From the NCBI GenBank assembly GCA_030642005.1, contig DAOWOP010000001.1, positions 1 to 46,498 on the forward strand: DNA of 46,498 bases, written 5' to 3'. Every line of letters starts with the position of its first letter. Position 1 is the stretch's first letter. Source of the stretch: Planctomycetales bacterium. Lineage in GTDB: Bacteria > Planctomycetota > Phycisphaerae > SM23-33. This document shows, one piece after another, positions 18,282 through 26,308 of this stretch. The position numbers were made by a program, and so were the translations under genes. Below the pieces are notes generated by a model. That model was not told the origin of the DNA, ran no database searches, and worked only from the letters and a program-made list of their open reading frames with translations.

Positions 18282-21200
18282 ATGAGTCGGCACAATGACC
18301 TTGTGGAGGACTACCTGCAGGATGGCGGGCAGTTGTCAGAGGCAGTGATGGTTGAGAATCTGGAACAGTGCGAACCTGAAGACCTGAACGGGGATGCAGC
18401 CCTCGCGATCTCTAAGATCGCTGAGGACCAACGTGGCCTCTATGAGCGTGAGCCGAGAGAGCTGATCAGCCACTATAACCGCGAGACGAGTGCGCTCGAT
18501 GGTTACCGGGGTCGCCAGATCCTAGAGCTGCTCCAGAATGCAGACGACGCCGGTGCTGATCTCGCGGATGGCTCCCAAGTCGTTTTTGCCTTGGATCGCC
18601 ATCATCTTGTTGTTGCCAACACGGGAACACCGTTCACTTACGACGGGCTGATGTCACTGGTCATCAGTGATTGCAGTCCGAAGCAGCTTGAGCAGAATCG
18701 CTTCATTGGCTGCAAAGGATTGGGCTTTCGGGCCGTGTTGACGTGGACTGAACGGCCCTTGATTGTCAGTGGCTCGCTTCAGGTGTATTTTGACCGTCAG
18801 GCAGCGACTCGCTATGTCGAATCGTTGGCCCAGGACGGTTCAAGGCCCAACCGCGTAGATGATTACCACCGCTCGGTTGGTCGTTGGCCAGTTCCAGTGA
18901 TGCGATTTCCTTTGGTGCCAGCAAACGACCACCCAGACCTTCGGGTTGTACAGCGGTTCCAAGCGAGGGGGTTTACTACGGTAGTCGTATTACCGCTGCC
19001 TGAAGGAGATCGAGGCGATGAAGTGTTCGCGGAAGCTGAGGAACAGCTGACAGAACTACCCTCTGCAGCGTTGCTCTTCTGCCGGCACTTGGTCGATGTT
19101 AAAATCGAAGGCGCTGTGACAAGAAACTGGCTCTTGATCCGCGAGGAAGTAGACCACGAGAGGTCAAGGGTCATTATCTCCGATGGTGAGCAGAGTACTA
19201 CTACTTACTGGGATATCTACCGGCGATCAGGAAGGGTGCCACCAGAGGCCGATACCGAGTCCACAGGTGGCCGGCAGGAGTATGAAACAGGAGTTGCTGT
19301 ACCCGAAACAACAGACGCACCATACGACCGGAACGCTCTTTGTGTGTTTTTTCCCACCCGCGAACGCCTGCCATGCCCGCTTATCTTCCACGCAACGCTC
19401 GAGACAACGGAAGACCGAAATCGGATTGTCGATCACGCATCGAATCGCTATGTCCTGAAGGCATTAGCGGCGCACTTGGCCAGCGTTCTTGAGCAGGAGT
19501 CGCAGGGCGAAGATTCACATAGGCCCTTACGACTGCTGAGCGGAATCGAGAACGCCGACCCTGAACTCGTGAGGTTGGGCTTCGTCGAAAGCGCGAAACA
19601 AGCCGTGCGGGACACGCGGTTATTTCCCCGTCTCGACGGTCGTTTGGAAACAGCCGACAACACGGTTCTTCCGCCGCATGACGTATGGGCCGATGTGGCG
19701 GACGCCAGATGGTTCCCGGAAATGCTAGTGCTACCCTCGAACGAACGAACTGTGGACCTTGTGCGTTGGTTGGGGCTCTCGTGGCTGGACCGGGATTCTC
19801 TGAAGTTGCGTCTGCGGACGATGGTCGCGGCGGCTGAGCCTGAACGAGCGGGCACAACGCTTGGCCAACTGGTTGATGCGAACCAGCTGCGCTCTATTGG
19901 AGTCAATGGCTTTCTGCTGGAACGGCAGGGCTGTCCTGTTGCCGAAGGTGAAGAGTGTTTCTTCACGCCGACCGAGGAGTTGCCGCCACTGCCAGCATGG
20001 GCGCAAGGCGTGCGATTCCTGGATGCCGCTTTTCAGCGTGCGCTGTTGCAGGCATCCGGCCACTCGTCCCTTCGCGGCCTGGCCGGCGAGATGGAGCGAA
20101 ACGCGGCCAAGGTATCCGAGTACCGATTCGACACTGTGGCGCGTGCGATCATTTCACCCCTGAATTTGGATAGCGAATTGCCCGATGCCGAGCGAGTGCA
20201 ACGCTGGCGAGAGATCTTGGCATGGCTGCTTCGGGCGTCTGAGGGTTCGCGGCAAGTTCTTTCGCAGCTACCGGTCAATGTCGTGACGGCTAAAGGCACA
20301 CTAAAGCGAGCAACTTCTCTATACCTCTCTGGCGAATACCAACGTGGTCGACTCGTGGCCCGTCTGTACGGGCCGCTCGATGAGGACGACTTCGTGGCGA
20401 AGCCTGAAGGATTGGGCTTGTCCGAACTCGGCGAGGTAGAGGTGGAGGAGTTCCTGATCGCCCTTGGGGTCCATGCAACGCCACGGTCTACATCACTATC
20501 CACCACCTATAGTCGGCCGAATGTGGACTACCGCGCTTTCCGCGAGTTCGTGGTGGATAGCCTTCCATTCCCGATCTCCGTGCGATCAAAGCTGTGCGAA
20601 TCGCCAAGCGATGTGCGCAGCCACTGCAGCAGTTACCAGATCAAGGGTGTGAACGTACCTGATCGGTTCCTACGCATACTCAAAGAGGGAGATCCCGTCG
20701 CCGTCATGGCCTACCTGATGTCTGAACAGCAGACAGTCTTGTCTGCCGAGAACATCGAGAGCGCATGTTTCCAGGCCACGATTGAAAATGAACGGAACTA
20801 CCGGGATGATCACGCCGTGCCCATCCCCAACCCGGTGCTGCATTGGCTTAGAGAGACCCCATGGGTGCCAGGCCAAGATGGTGAGCGGCATCGTCCCGCT
20901 GAGATCATGCTGAGCCGCATCGGCCTGAGGGTGCTGCCCAGCGTGTACTGCCGACATGCGATTGATCACCGTAATGAGATGCTGGCCTCGCGGGGTGGCA
21001 AACAGGCCATGGACGCGGTCTTGTGTCGTCTCGGGGTTGTGGCATCGCTGGAGACGATGGCGAGTGAGCAGGTCTACGACCTCCTCCTGTCTTTGCCCGA
21101 GCGCGACCCGCAAGGACAATCCGTCTCGGCGATCTACCGCACGTTCCTGGAGTCGAATATCACCGCCGAGGACGGTCCCAACCGCTCGGAGTTTCTGCGG

Positions 21201-22628
21201 AACGGCAAGGTGTGGGCCAGGTATCAGGGCGAAGGCCATTTCCTGCCTGTAGCGCAGGTGCGGTACAACGCGAACGTCACTTTGCCAGACGCAGTCGTGT
21301 CACGCATAGCTCTGCTCGACCTGCCACGGCGTCGTAACGCCACGGCGGTGAAGCAGTTGCTCGACGTCAAGCCGCTGTCGTCAGGGGAAGTCGCGTTGGA
21401 AGTCGTCCAAGACGACACCGAGTACGACGTCCACAGCGAAGATGCCAACGCATTCTTGCGGCGGTGCATCCCGTACATATACGCGCTGCGACTCGGCAAG
21501 AAGATAGACGATGATTTCCGAGAGCGTAACTTGCTCAAGCGCACGTCACTATACGTCTGCAATTGCCTGGCGGTTCGCGTGTCGATTGAGGGGCAAGAGC
21601 CGGAAACGCTGATCTTGGATCATGCTAAAGACCACATCTGCATCGAATCACAACTCTACCTTGTGGGTCAATATGATCCGGATGGGGCGGGGGCGACAAG
21701 CTTCTGGTTGTCCGTGGCTGGACTTGTTGCAGAGGCCCTTGGGACCGACATTGCGGCCGAAGTCAGTGCTGTGCTCCGTTGCCGATCAGAGCGTGAAATG
21801 CAAGAGGTCGTGGAAGGGCTCCTCGGGCCGGAGGCAGGTGGGAAACTTGAGGAGGCACGACGGCGGTTCGATGACTGGGATATCGTGGGAGACGATGAGG
21901 ACATGGTCATCATACCTCCAAGCCCTGAGCCTGACCAGCCAGGAGAAGAAGGGAAAAAGAGCGACGAGGGAGGTGACGAGAAGACGGAGGGAAAAACAGC
22001 GGGACAAGACGACGAAAGCGGCGGTGAGGATGAGAATGAGGCTGGTGGCAAAGCCGGCACCGAGTCTGATCAGCGGTTCACAACAACCAGCCCCCCAGAC
22101 CGCAAGTCGAAGAAGAAGCGACGCCTTGTGATCAACCGCCATGGCGGCGGAACTGGCGGCGGTGGTCACGGACCTGTTGCGACGGAGAGTGTTACGTTCC
22201 AAATCGTGGAAGCCTTTGAGCGCCAAGATGGGGAAGGTAGGTTTGTGATCGACGTGAGCCATATTCGCGGAAGCGAGGGGTTCGGCTGTGACCTGCTCAG
22301 CATGAGTTCCGAGGATGTGAAAGAGAAGGCTCTTGCCAGCGGGGAGATCTCCGAGGGCGAAGTAGACAGGTTCATCGAGGTGAAGGGACGGAGTTCACGA
22401 ACAGGCGAGGTAGAACTTACAGAGAACGAATACCGCGCCGCCGAGAGGCTCGGAAACCGGTATTTTCTCTATCGTGTGTTCGTGGACCCAAGTGATTCGT
22501 CTGTGTACGAAGTCGCCGTGCTCCAGAACCCGGTTCGTTCTTCCGCAACGCGAACGGTGACGCGCTTCGATTTAAGCAAGGGTTCCGGGGCAGTCTGGTA
22601 CGCCCTCGAGGAGGTTACGGAAGAATGA
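18282..22628 (+). CDS. 1448-aa protein: sacsin/NOV-like GHKL ATPase head, large middle region, acidic low-complexity linker, C-terminal DUF3883-like PD-(D/E)xK nuclease domain
   Basis: N-box RQILELLQNADDAGA (18513-18557) and GCKGLGFRAVLTW. Acidic/Gly linker EEGKKSDEGGDEKTEG...GGEDENEAGG at ~21890-22170. C-terminal GCDLLS ... FIEVKGRSS ... YFLYRVF is typical of DUF3883 (from memory). Confidence 0.75.
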   Translation: MSRHNDLVEDYLQDGGQLSEAVMVENLEQCEPEDLNGDAALAISKIAEDQRGLYEREPRELISHYNRETSALDGYRGRQILELLQNADDAGADLADGSQVVFALDRHHLVVANTGTPFTYDGLMSLVISDCSPKQLEQNRFIGCKGLGFRAVLTWTERPLIVSGSLQVYFDRQAATRYVESLAQDGSRPNRVDDYHRSVGRWPVPVMRFPLVPANDHPDLRVVQRFQARGFTTVVVLPLPEGDRGDEVFAEAEEQLTELPSAALLFCRHLVDVKIEGAVTRNWLLIREEVDHERSRVIISDGEQSTTTYWDIYRRSGRVPPEADTESTGGRQEYETGVAVPETTDAPYDRNALCVFFPTRERLPCPLIFHATLETTEDRNRIVDHASNRYVLKALAAHLASVLEQESQGEDSHRPLRLLSGIENADPELVRLGFVESAKQAVRDTRLFPRLDGRLETADNTVLPPHDVWADVADARWFPEMLVLPSNERTVDLVRWLGLSWLDRDSLKLRLRTMVAAAEPERAGTTLGQLVDANQLRSIGVNGFLLERQGCPVAEGEECFFTPTEELPPLPAWAQGVRFLDAAFQRALLQASGHSSLRGLAGEMERNAAKVSEYRFDTVARAIISPLNLDSELPDAERVQRWREILAWLLRASEGSRQVLSQLPVNVVTAKGTLKRATSLYLSGEYQRGRLVARLYGPLDEDDFVAKPEGLGLSELGEVEVEEFLIALGVHATPRSTSLSTTYSRPNVDYRAFREFVVDSLPFPISVRSKLCESPSDVRSHCSSYQIKGVNVPDRFLRILKEGDPVAVMAYLMSEQQTVLSAENIESACFQATIENERNYRDDHAVPIPNPVLHWLRETPWVPGQDGERHRPAEIMLSRIGLRVLPSVYCRHAIDHRNEMLASRGGKQAMDAVLCRLGVVASLETMASEQVYDLLLSLPERDPQGQSVSAIYRTFLESNITAEDGPNRSEFLRNGKVWARYQGEGHFLPVAQVRYNANVTLPDAVVSRIALLDLPRRRNATAVKQLLDVKPLSSGEVALEVVQDDTEYDVHSEDANAFLRRCIPYIYALRLGKKIDDDFRERNLLKRTSLYVCNCLAVRVSIEGQEPETLILDHAKDHICIESQLYLVGQYDPDGAGATSFWLSVAGLVAEALGTDIAAEVSAVLRCRSEREMQEVVEGLLGPEAGGKLEEARRRFDDWDIVGDDEDMVIIPPSPEPDQPGEEGKKSDEGGDEKTEGKTAGQDDESGGEDENEAGGKAGTESDQRFTTTSPPDRKSKKKRRLVINRHGGGTGGGGHGPVATESVTFQIVEAFERQDGEGRFVIDVSHIRGSEGFGCDLLSMSSEDVKEKALASGEISEGEVDRFIEVKGRSSRTGEVELTENEYRAAERLGNRYFLYRVFVDPSDSSVYEVAVLQNPVRSSATRTVTRFDLSKGSGAVWYALEEVTEE

Positions 22629-22667
22629 GGCTGTGCTGCTGCCACGGCCTTGCCCTCGCTGTCACCG

Positions 22668-22739
22668 GTGCCATGCCAAATCTGTTGCGGTGCCACTGCA
22701 GTGCCATGACAGTGCCAACGATGGATGGCACCAGTGCCA
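22668..22739 (+). repeat. Array of five direct GTGCCA copies phased at multiples of 11 bp, plus one inverted copy
   Basis: GTGCCA starts at 22668, 22690, 22701, 22712 and 22734 (offsets 0, 22, 33, 44, 66). TGGCAC at 22726-22731 forms the palindrome TGGCAC-CA-GTGCCA with the last copy. The array starts 40 nt after the stop of the 1448-aa gene. Confidence 0.75.
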
Positions 22740-22869
22740 ACGAATCGAGAGCGCATCGAGACGCCTGATCGGCGGAACTTCAGGCCGAAATCGGTCGATT
22801 CGCCGAGGCGCTACGAGTCCCGCACTTAACCTCCAGTAAACGGGTTACACAACCCGTCTCAACTCGAAC

Positions 22870-22901
22870 AAAGGCCCGCTTGAGCAATCCGGCGGGCCTT
22901 T
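22870..22901. terminator. GC-rich hairpin, candidate intrinsic terminator
   Basis: AAAGGCCCGC (22870-22879) pairs with GCGGGCCTTT (22892-22901) across a 12-nt loop. A/T runs flank it on both sides. A smaller hairpin ACGGGTT/AACCCGT lies at 22840-22857. Confidence 0.5.
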
Positions 22902-23023
22902 CGTATATCCCTATGACACAAAGACCTTTGCGCGTTTGGCCGCACCCGCTCTCCGTTTAATCGCGTGATACGCCTACCCGCCCGTCCAGCCCAAAATCCC
23001 TCAAAATCGTCTCGAAGTCTCGA

Positions 23024-23156
23024 AATCGCGTGACGAGGTGCAAACTCGTCCCGTGATTGTATGTGGCTGTCGAAAGGCCACTTACAGCAAATGCACATTT
23101 TCGAGTTTTTTACGAAAATGTCAGTAGGCGAGGGGATGAAAACCCTCGTCCCGTGA
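23024..23156 (+). repeat. Two degenerate ~45-bp hairpin-containing units spaced exactly 100 bp apart
   Basis: The exact 12-mer CTCGTCCCGTGA occurs at 23045-23056 and 23145-23156. Each copy is the 3' arm of a local hairpin (GACGAGgtgcaaaCTCGTC; GAGGGgatgaaaaCCCTC). Related AATCGCGTGA boxes lie at 22959-22968 and 23024-23033. Confidence 0.6.
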
Positions 23157-23170
23157 CGTTTACAGTGCCA

Positions 23171-23205
23171 AAAAGCGCTCACATGATCGTCATGTGAGCG
23201 CTTTT
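23171..23205. terminator. Perfect 16-bp stem hairpin, candidate bidirectional intrinsic terminator
   Basis: AAAAGCGCTCACATGA (23171-23186), loop tcg, TCATGTGAGCGCTTTT (23190-23205). An A run precedes the stem and a T run follows it. Confidence 0.65.
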
Positions 23206-23391
23206 CCCATCCTCCACGACGGGCCGATGGCACCGGTGCCATATCTGCAATACTGCCGGGCTTCTTTTGGCGGCGGATTCGGAGCCAGCCATCCGACGCT
23301 ATCCCAGAAAACATCTTGACGCATGAGGCTACGAGATCGACAATATCATATGGTAGATTGCACTCTCCCCCGGGCGAAGGAATGGTATTCA

Positions 23392-24237
23392 ATGGATATC
23401 GACTGGCTCCAGAAGCGGTTCCCCGACTTGACCAATTTCGTCCCCTTGGCTCCAAGCGGGCAGAAGGAGGTATTTGCTGCGGATCACAAGACTGAGGGCG
23501 CAGTGGTGCTTAAAATATTCAAGCCGGGGTCTAACGCCGAGCGCATCCAACGAGAGATGCAATCACCGCTCAAGATGAGAAGTTCACGCATACCGACGAT
23601 ATACGAGTTGGGCCGAACAGATTCGCCTACCGGCGAGATCGTCTGGCTCCGAGAGAAGAAGGTTGAAGGCCAGAGCCTGAGGGAAATACTTAAGGCGAAG
23701 GGCAAGCTCGACGAGGGGACCACCATCAGGATTGGCCTCCATGTCATTGATGTGCTGGCTGCCGCCGAGGTCGCGAGCGTGGTTCATCGCGACATAAAGC
23801 CTGGCAACATCATCATTGCCATGGACGGCAGCGCGTGGGTAATCGATTTCGGGCTGGCGCGTCATCTCGATCAGGAGTCACTGACGCCTACCGTGGACAA
23901 ACTAGCTCCCTGCACGCCCGGCTACGCGCCCGTCGAGCAATTCACAAACCAGAAACACAACATCGACGCTCGAGCTGACCTGTTCGCAACGGGCGTGACT
24001 CTCTACGAGTGCCTTGAGGGTGAGAATCCGTTCCTCAAGGGAGTGATAGACTGGAAGGAAGCATTCGGTCGTGTTATGAACATGAAGATGCCCAGGATCG
24101 GAACCAGCGGTGTGTCGGAAGAGTTCGTCGATCTTGTCGACTCGATGACACGCACAAAGGCGGAACACCGCCCAGCTACGGCGGCGGTGGCGTTGCAGTG
24201 GATCAGAGAAATCGCCATGGCGCATAAGATCATCTAG
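23392..24237 (+). CDS. Ser/Thr protein kinase (Hanks type), kinase domain only
   Basis: VVLKIFKPG (catalytic Lys region), HRDIKPGNIII, DFGLAR, TPGYAPVEQ. The ORF track starts at 23323. ATG 23392 (MDIDWLQ) follows GAAGGAA and is the more plausible start. Confidence 0.85.
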   Translation: MDIDWLQKRFPDLTNFVPLAPSGQKEVFAADHKTEGAVVLKIFKPGSNAERIQREMQSPLKMRSSRIPTIYELGRTDSPTGEIVWLREKKVEGQSLREILKAKGKLDEGTTIRIGLHVIDVLAAAEVASVVHRDIKPGNIIIAMDGSAWVIDFGLARHLDQESLTPTVDKLAPCTPGYAPVEQFTNQKHNIDARADLFATGVTLYECLEGENPFLKGVIDWKEAFGRVMNMKMPRIGTSGVSEEFVDLVDSMTRTKAEHRPATAAVALQWIREIAMAHKII

Positions 24238-24255
24238 CTCATAAGGAAAACTCCC

Positions 24256-25488
24256 ATGGATTTTTACCTCCAGTTTGCGTACCAGATGCAGGTGGTTTGC
24301 TGCGATCTCATCCAAGAGTGGGGTGGCGGCACAGTCATCATGAGCCCCCGCGACTGCAAGCCGCTGGGTGAGGATAAGTCCGGCGAGTTGGAGAAGCATG
24401 CGGCGTCCATTCGTGTTGTCGGAGGGAGAATCCTGATCGATCCGCAGTTTTACAGGCCAGAGTCGGACCACAAGGTTCTCACGTCGCACGCCTATTGGCC
24501 TGATAAATATGACAGCGTCGAGTTCTGGGAGAAGAGGGATGAGCCGGACTACGGCGAGCTGCTCAAGAGGCTTGGGGAGTTAAACGCCAAGGTTGAAGCA
24601 TCGGCCATCATCTTGCCCGGTACGCTGGCCACAGTGGTCGATGACGAATGGCTCGCTCGTCAGTCAAGGATGATCGGGGCCGCGCGCATGGAATACGGTG
24701 ATGATGAGGAGTTGCTGGCGACGGTGGCTCTCTCTGCCGACGCGGTTAGGTCCGCTGATCAGGTCCACGCCATTCTGGCGGCAGCGGGCGATTGGAGGGT
24801 GCAGGGGATATACCTGATCTGCGAGCACCCAGACGGACAATATTTGGTCGAGAACGATGCTTGGATTGCCAACATCCTTGACTTGACGGCTGGATTCCGT
24901 CTTCGCGGGCAGAGCGTTGTGATCGGCTACGCGAACCAACAAATGTTGGTCGCCGCCTGCGCATCGGTTACCGCCATCGCCTCCGGCAGCCATAAGATGA
25001 AGCGGCAGTTCTCGTCGTCCACGATGATGGAGAAGGACGGCGATGATGTCATGAGGCAAGCGACGTGGTACTATTGCCCACAAGCGTATTCTGAATTCAA
25101 GATCCCGCGTCTGGATTCGGCGAACTTGCAGAAGGTGTTGGGCAAGCTCCGGCATCCAGAAGATATGGGGGTCTGCCACGCTGACGTCCTGTTCGCTGGC
25201 GCACAGCCGTCCACGGTAGGTTTCAGGCACAAGCTGTCGTTCAAGCACTACCTCGGATCCCTCCACGCGCAATCGTTAGCACTCAGGAAGGCCACATTCA
25301 ACGATACGGTTCAAGTATACAGGGGCTCTCTCGATGCTGCAGAAAAGTTACTGAAGGAACTACAGGCCAAGCGCATCCGAGCGGAGGAACGTAGTTTCTT
25401 ACCAGCCGTCGACCCCACGCACGTTGGCGTCAATATGTTGGTCGAAGACCGAGGTGCGATGCTTCGGCATGTGTGGCCAAATCTGTAG
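24256..25488 (+). CDS. Hypothetical 410-aa protein, co-transcribed with the kinase
   Basis: RBS AAGGAAAA lies upstream, and the gene starts 18 nt after the kinase stop. Alternating hydrophobic strands and helices (VIMSPRD, ILIDPQFY, IILPG, GIYLICE, VVIGYAN, AIASGSH) suggest an alpha/beta, possibly TIM-barrel-like, fold. I recognise no catalytic motif. Confidence 0.55.
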   Translation: MDFYLQFAYQMQVVCCDLIQEWGGGTVIMSPRDCKPLGEDKSGELEKHAASIRVVGGRILIDPQFYRPESDHKVLTSHAYWPDKYDSVEFWEKRDEPDYGELLKRLGELNAKVEASAIILPGTLATVVDDEWLARQSRMIGAARMEYGDDEELLATVALSADAVRSADQVHAILAAAGDWRVQGIYLICEHPDGQYLVENDAWIANILDLTAGFRLRGQSVVIGYANQQMLVAACASVTAIASGSHKMKRQFSSSTMMEKDGDDVMRQATWYYCPQAYSEFKIPRLDSANLQKVLGKLRHPEDMGVCHADVLFAGAQPSTVGFRHKLSFKHYLGSLHAQSLALRKATFNDTVQVYRGSLDAAEKLLKELQAKRIRAEERSFLPAVDPTHVGVNMLVEDRGAMLRHVWPNL

Positions 25489-26308
25489 AGGCAACACGGG
25501 CATGACATGCCCATTCGTTGAACAACCATGACGCGTAGGAACCGGGCAACTTTGCCTTCTCGGCCCGGATCACTGGCCGGCGCATCGGCGTATCACATGT
25601 GAGCAGCCCGACACCCGTTTGCCTCAATTCAATCTCTAACTCGGCGGACTTTGGTACCCCCGGAAGGAGCAAATAAGACTCTGACGCGAACCAGCGGTTA
25701 AGAAATGCCTGTTCTAGGCCAGGTCGCCATGATCCAACCTTCGCCTCAATAGCGACTATGCGCCTGACGGCCATTAGCTTCCTAGGCCTCTGGGCTTGCC
25801 ATCGGTCCCGGGCACACCGCACTAGACCCATTGACTCCAGTTTGCGCAGGGCGCTACGAAGACCTACTGGGAACAAGAAACTGAGCCGAGCCTGATCCTC
25901 ACTCCCGCAGGTGGCCAAGTGGTGAAGCACGCAGATATCATGCTTGCTGAGGCCAGTTCGCCGAAAGCTCCATTCGCTGGCAGCGGCAGAGTCCAGATAA
26001 ACGATCACTAAGTCTGGAAACCCCGTCTCGAGTCGGGGTTCGACGAACACCAATCGCACCTGCCCGTTTGGTGCCGGTGCCAAGTTGCTCCGAATGAACG
26101 CATCCACAAGCTCCTTTTCCTGCCCCTCCGTCACCCGACGGTGGTAGAGCCCAGCGCCACGTAGCGAGGGGAAGTATTCGATTGTCTCTGCGGAAATCGC
26201 AATCATGGTGCGTCCTGTCTCGTCTCCGGTTACCGAACCGCCAGTTTCCTGAAGCTTATCGTAACGCCGCTGTAGCCGTTTGGGAAGAATCTGGCCCGCA
26301 CGCATCAT
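25430..26308 (-). CDS. Hypothetical protein with PD-(D/E)xK nuclease-like motifs and an inserted wHTH-like segment
   Basis: GFPDLVIVYLD ... IVAIEAKVGSW fits a D...ExK pattern. LHHLATCGSEDQARLSFLFPVGLRSALRKLESMGLV lies between them. The likely start is the ATG at 26308 that overlaps the upstream stop (ATGA). The ORF track extends to 26362. The 3' end overlaps the convergent gene by 59 bp. Confidence 0.45.
   Translation of the reverse strand: MMRAGQILPKRLQRRYDKLQETGGSVTGDETGRTMIAISAETIEYFPSLRGAGLYHRRVTEGQEKELVDAFIRSNLAPAPNGQVRLVFVEPRLETGFPDLVIVYLDSAAASEWSFRRTGLSKHDICVLHHLATCGSEDQARLSFLFPVGLRSALRKLESMGLVRCARDRWQAQRPRKLMAVRRIVAIEAKVGSWRPGLEQAFLNRWFASESYLLLPGVPKSAELEIELRQTGVGLLTCDTPMRRPVIRAEKAKLPGSYASWLFNEWACHARVASTDLATHAEASHLGLRPTY

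Noticed and set aside
22690-22739. Sigma-54 promoters on the minus strand (TGGCAC-N5-TGGCA mimics TGGCAC-N5-TTGCA)
   Set aside because: The spacing fits, but the conserved T of the -12 TGC element is replaced by G in every copy. No enhancer-binding (NtrC-type AAA+) activator is encoded nearby. Transcription would run antisense into the 3' end of the 1448-aa gene. I keep it only as an alternative to the regulator-binding interpretation.
22633-22839. 68-aa Cys/His-rich ORF (CPRCHRCH...) that could look like a small zinc-binding peptide
   Set aside because: The Cys/His richness is a by-product of translating the GTGCCA repeats. The repeat period is 11 bp rather than a multiple of 3, and there is no RBS. 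The signal is at the nucleotide level.
22629-23391. Retron msr/msd, CRISPR array or ToxI-like repeat RNA in the central non-coding region
   Set aside because: There is no reverse transcriptase, cas gene or endoribonuclease toxin nearby. The repeats are degenerate and only two-fold (100-bp spacing) rather than a regular repeat-spacer or tandem array. It is reported instead as a generic structured-RNA candidate.
22859-23455. 198-aa minus-strand ORF spanning the intergenic region
   Set aside because: It runs through two strong hairpins and the start of the kinase gene. Its composition is Arg/Cys/Trp-rich and non-protein-like, so it is most likely spurious.
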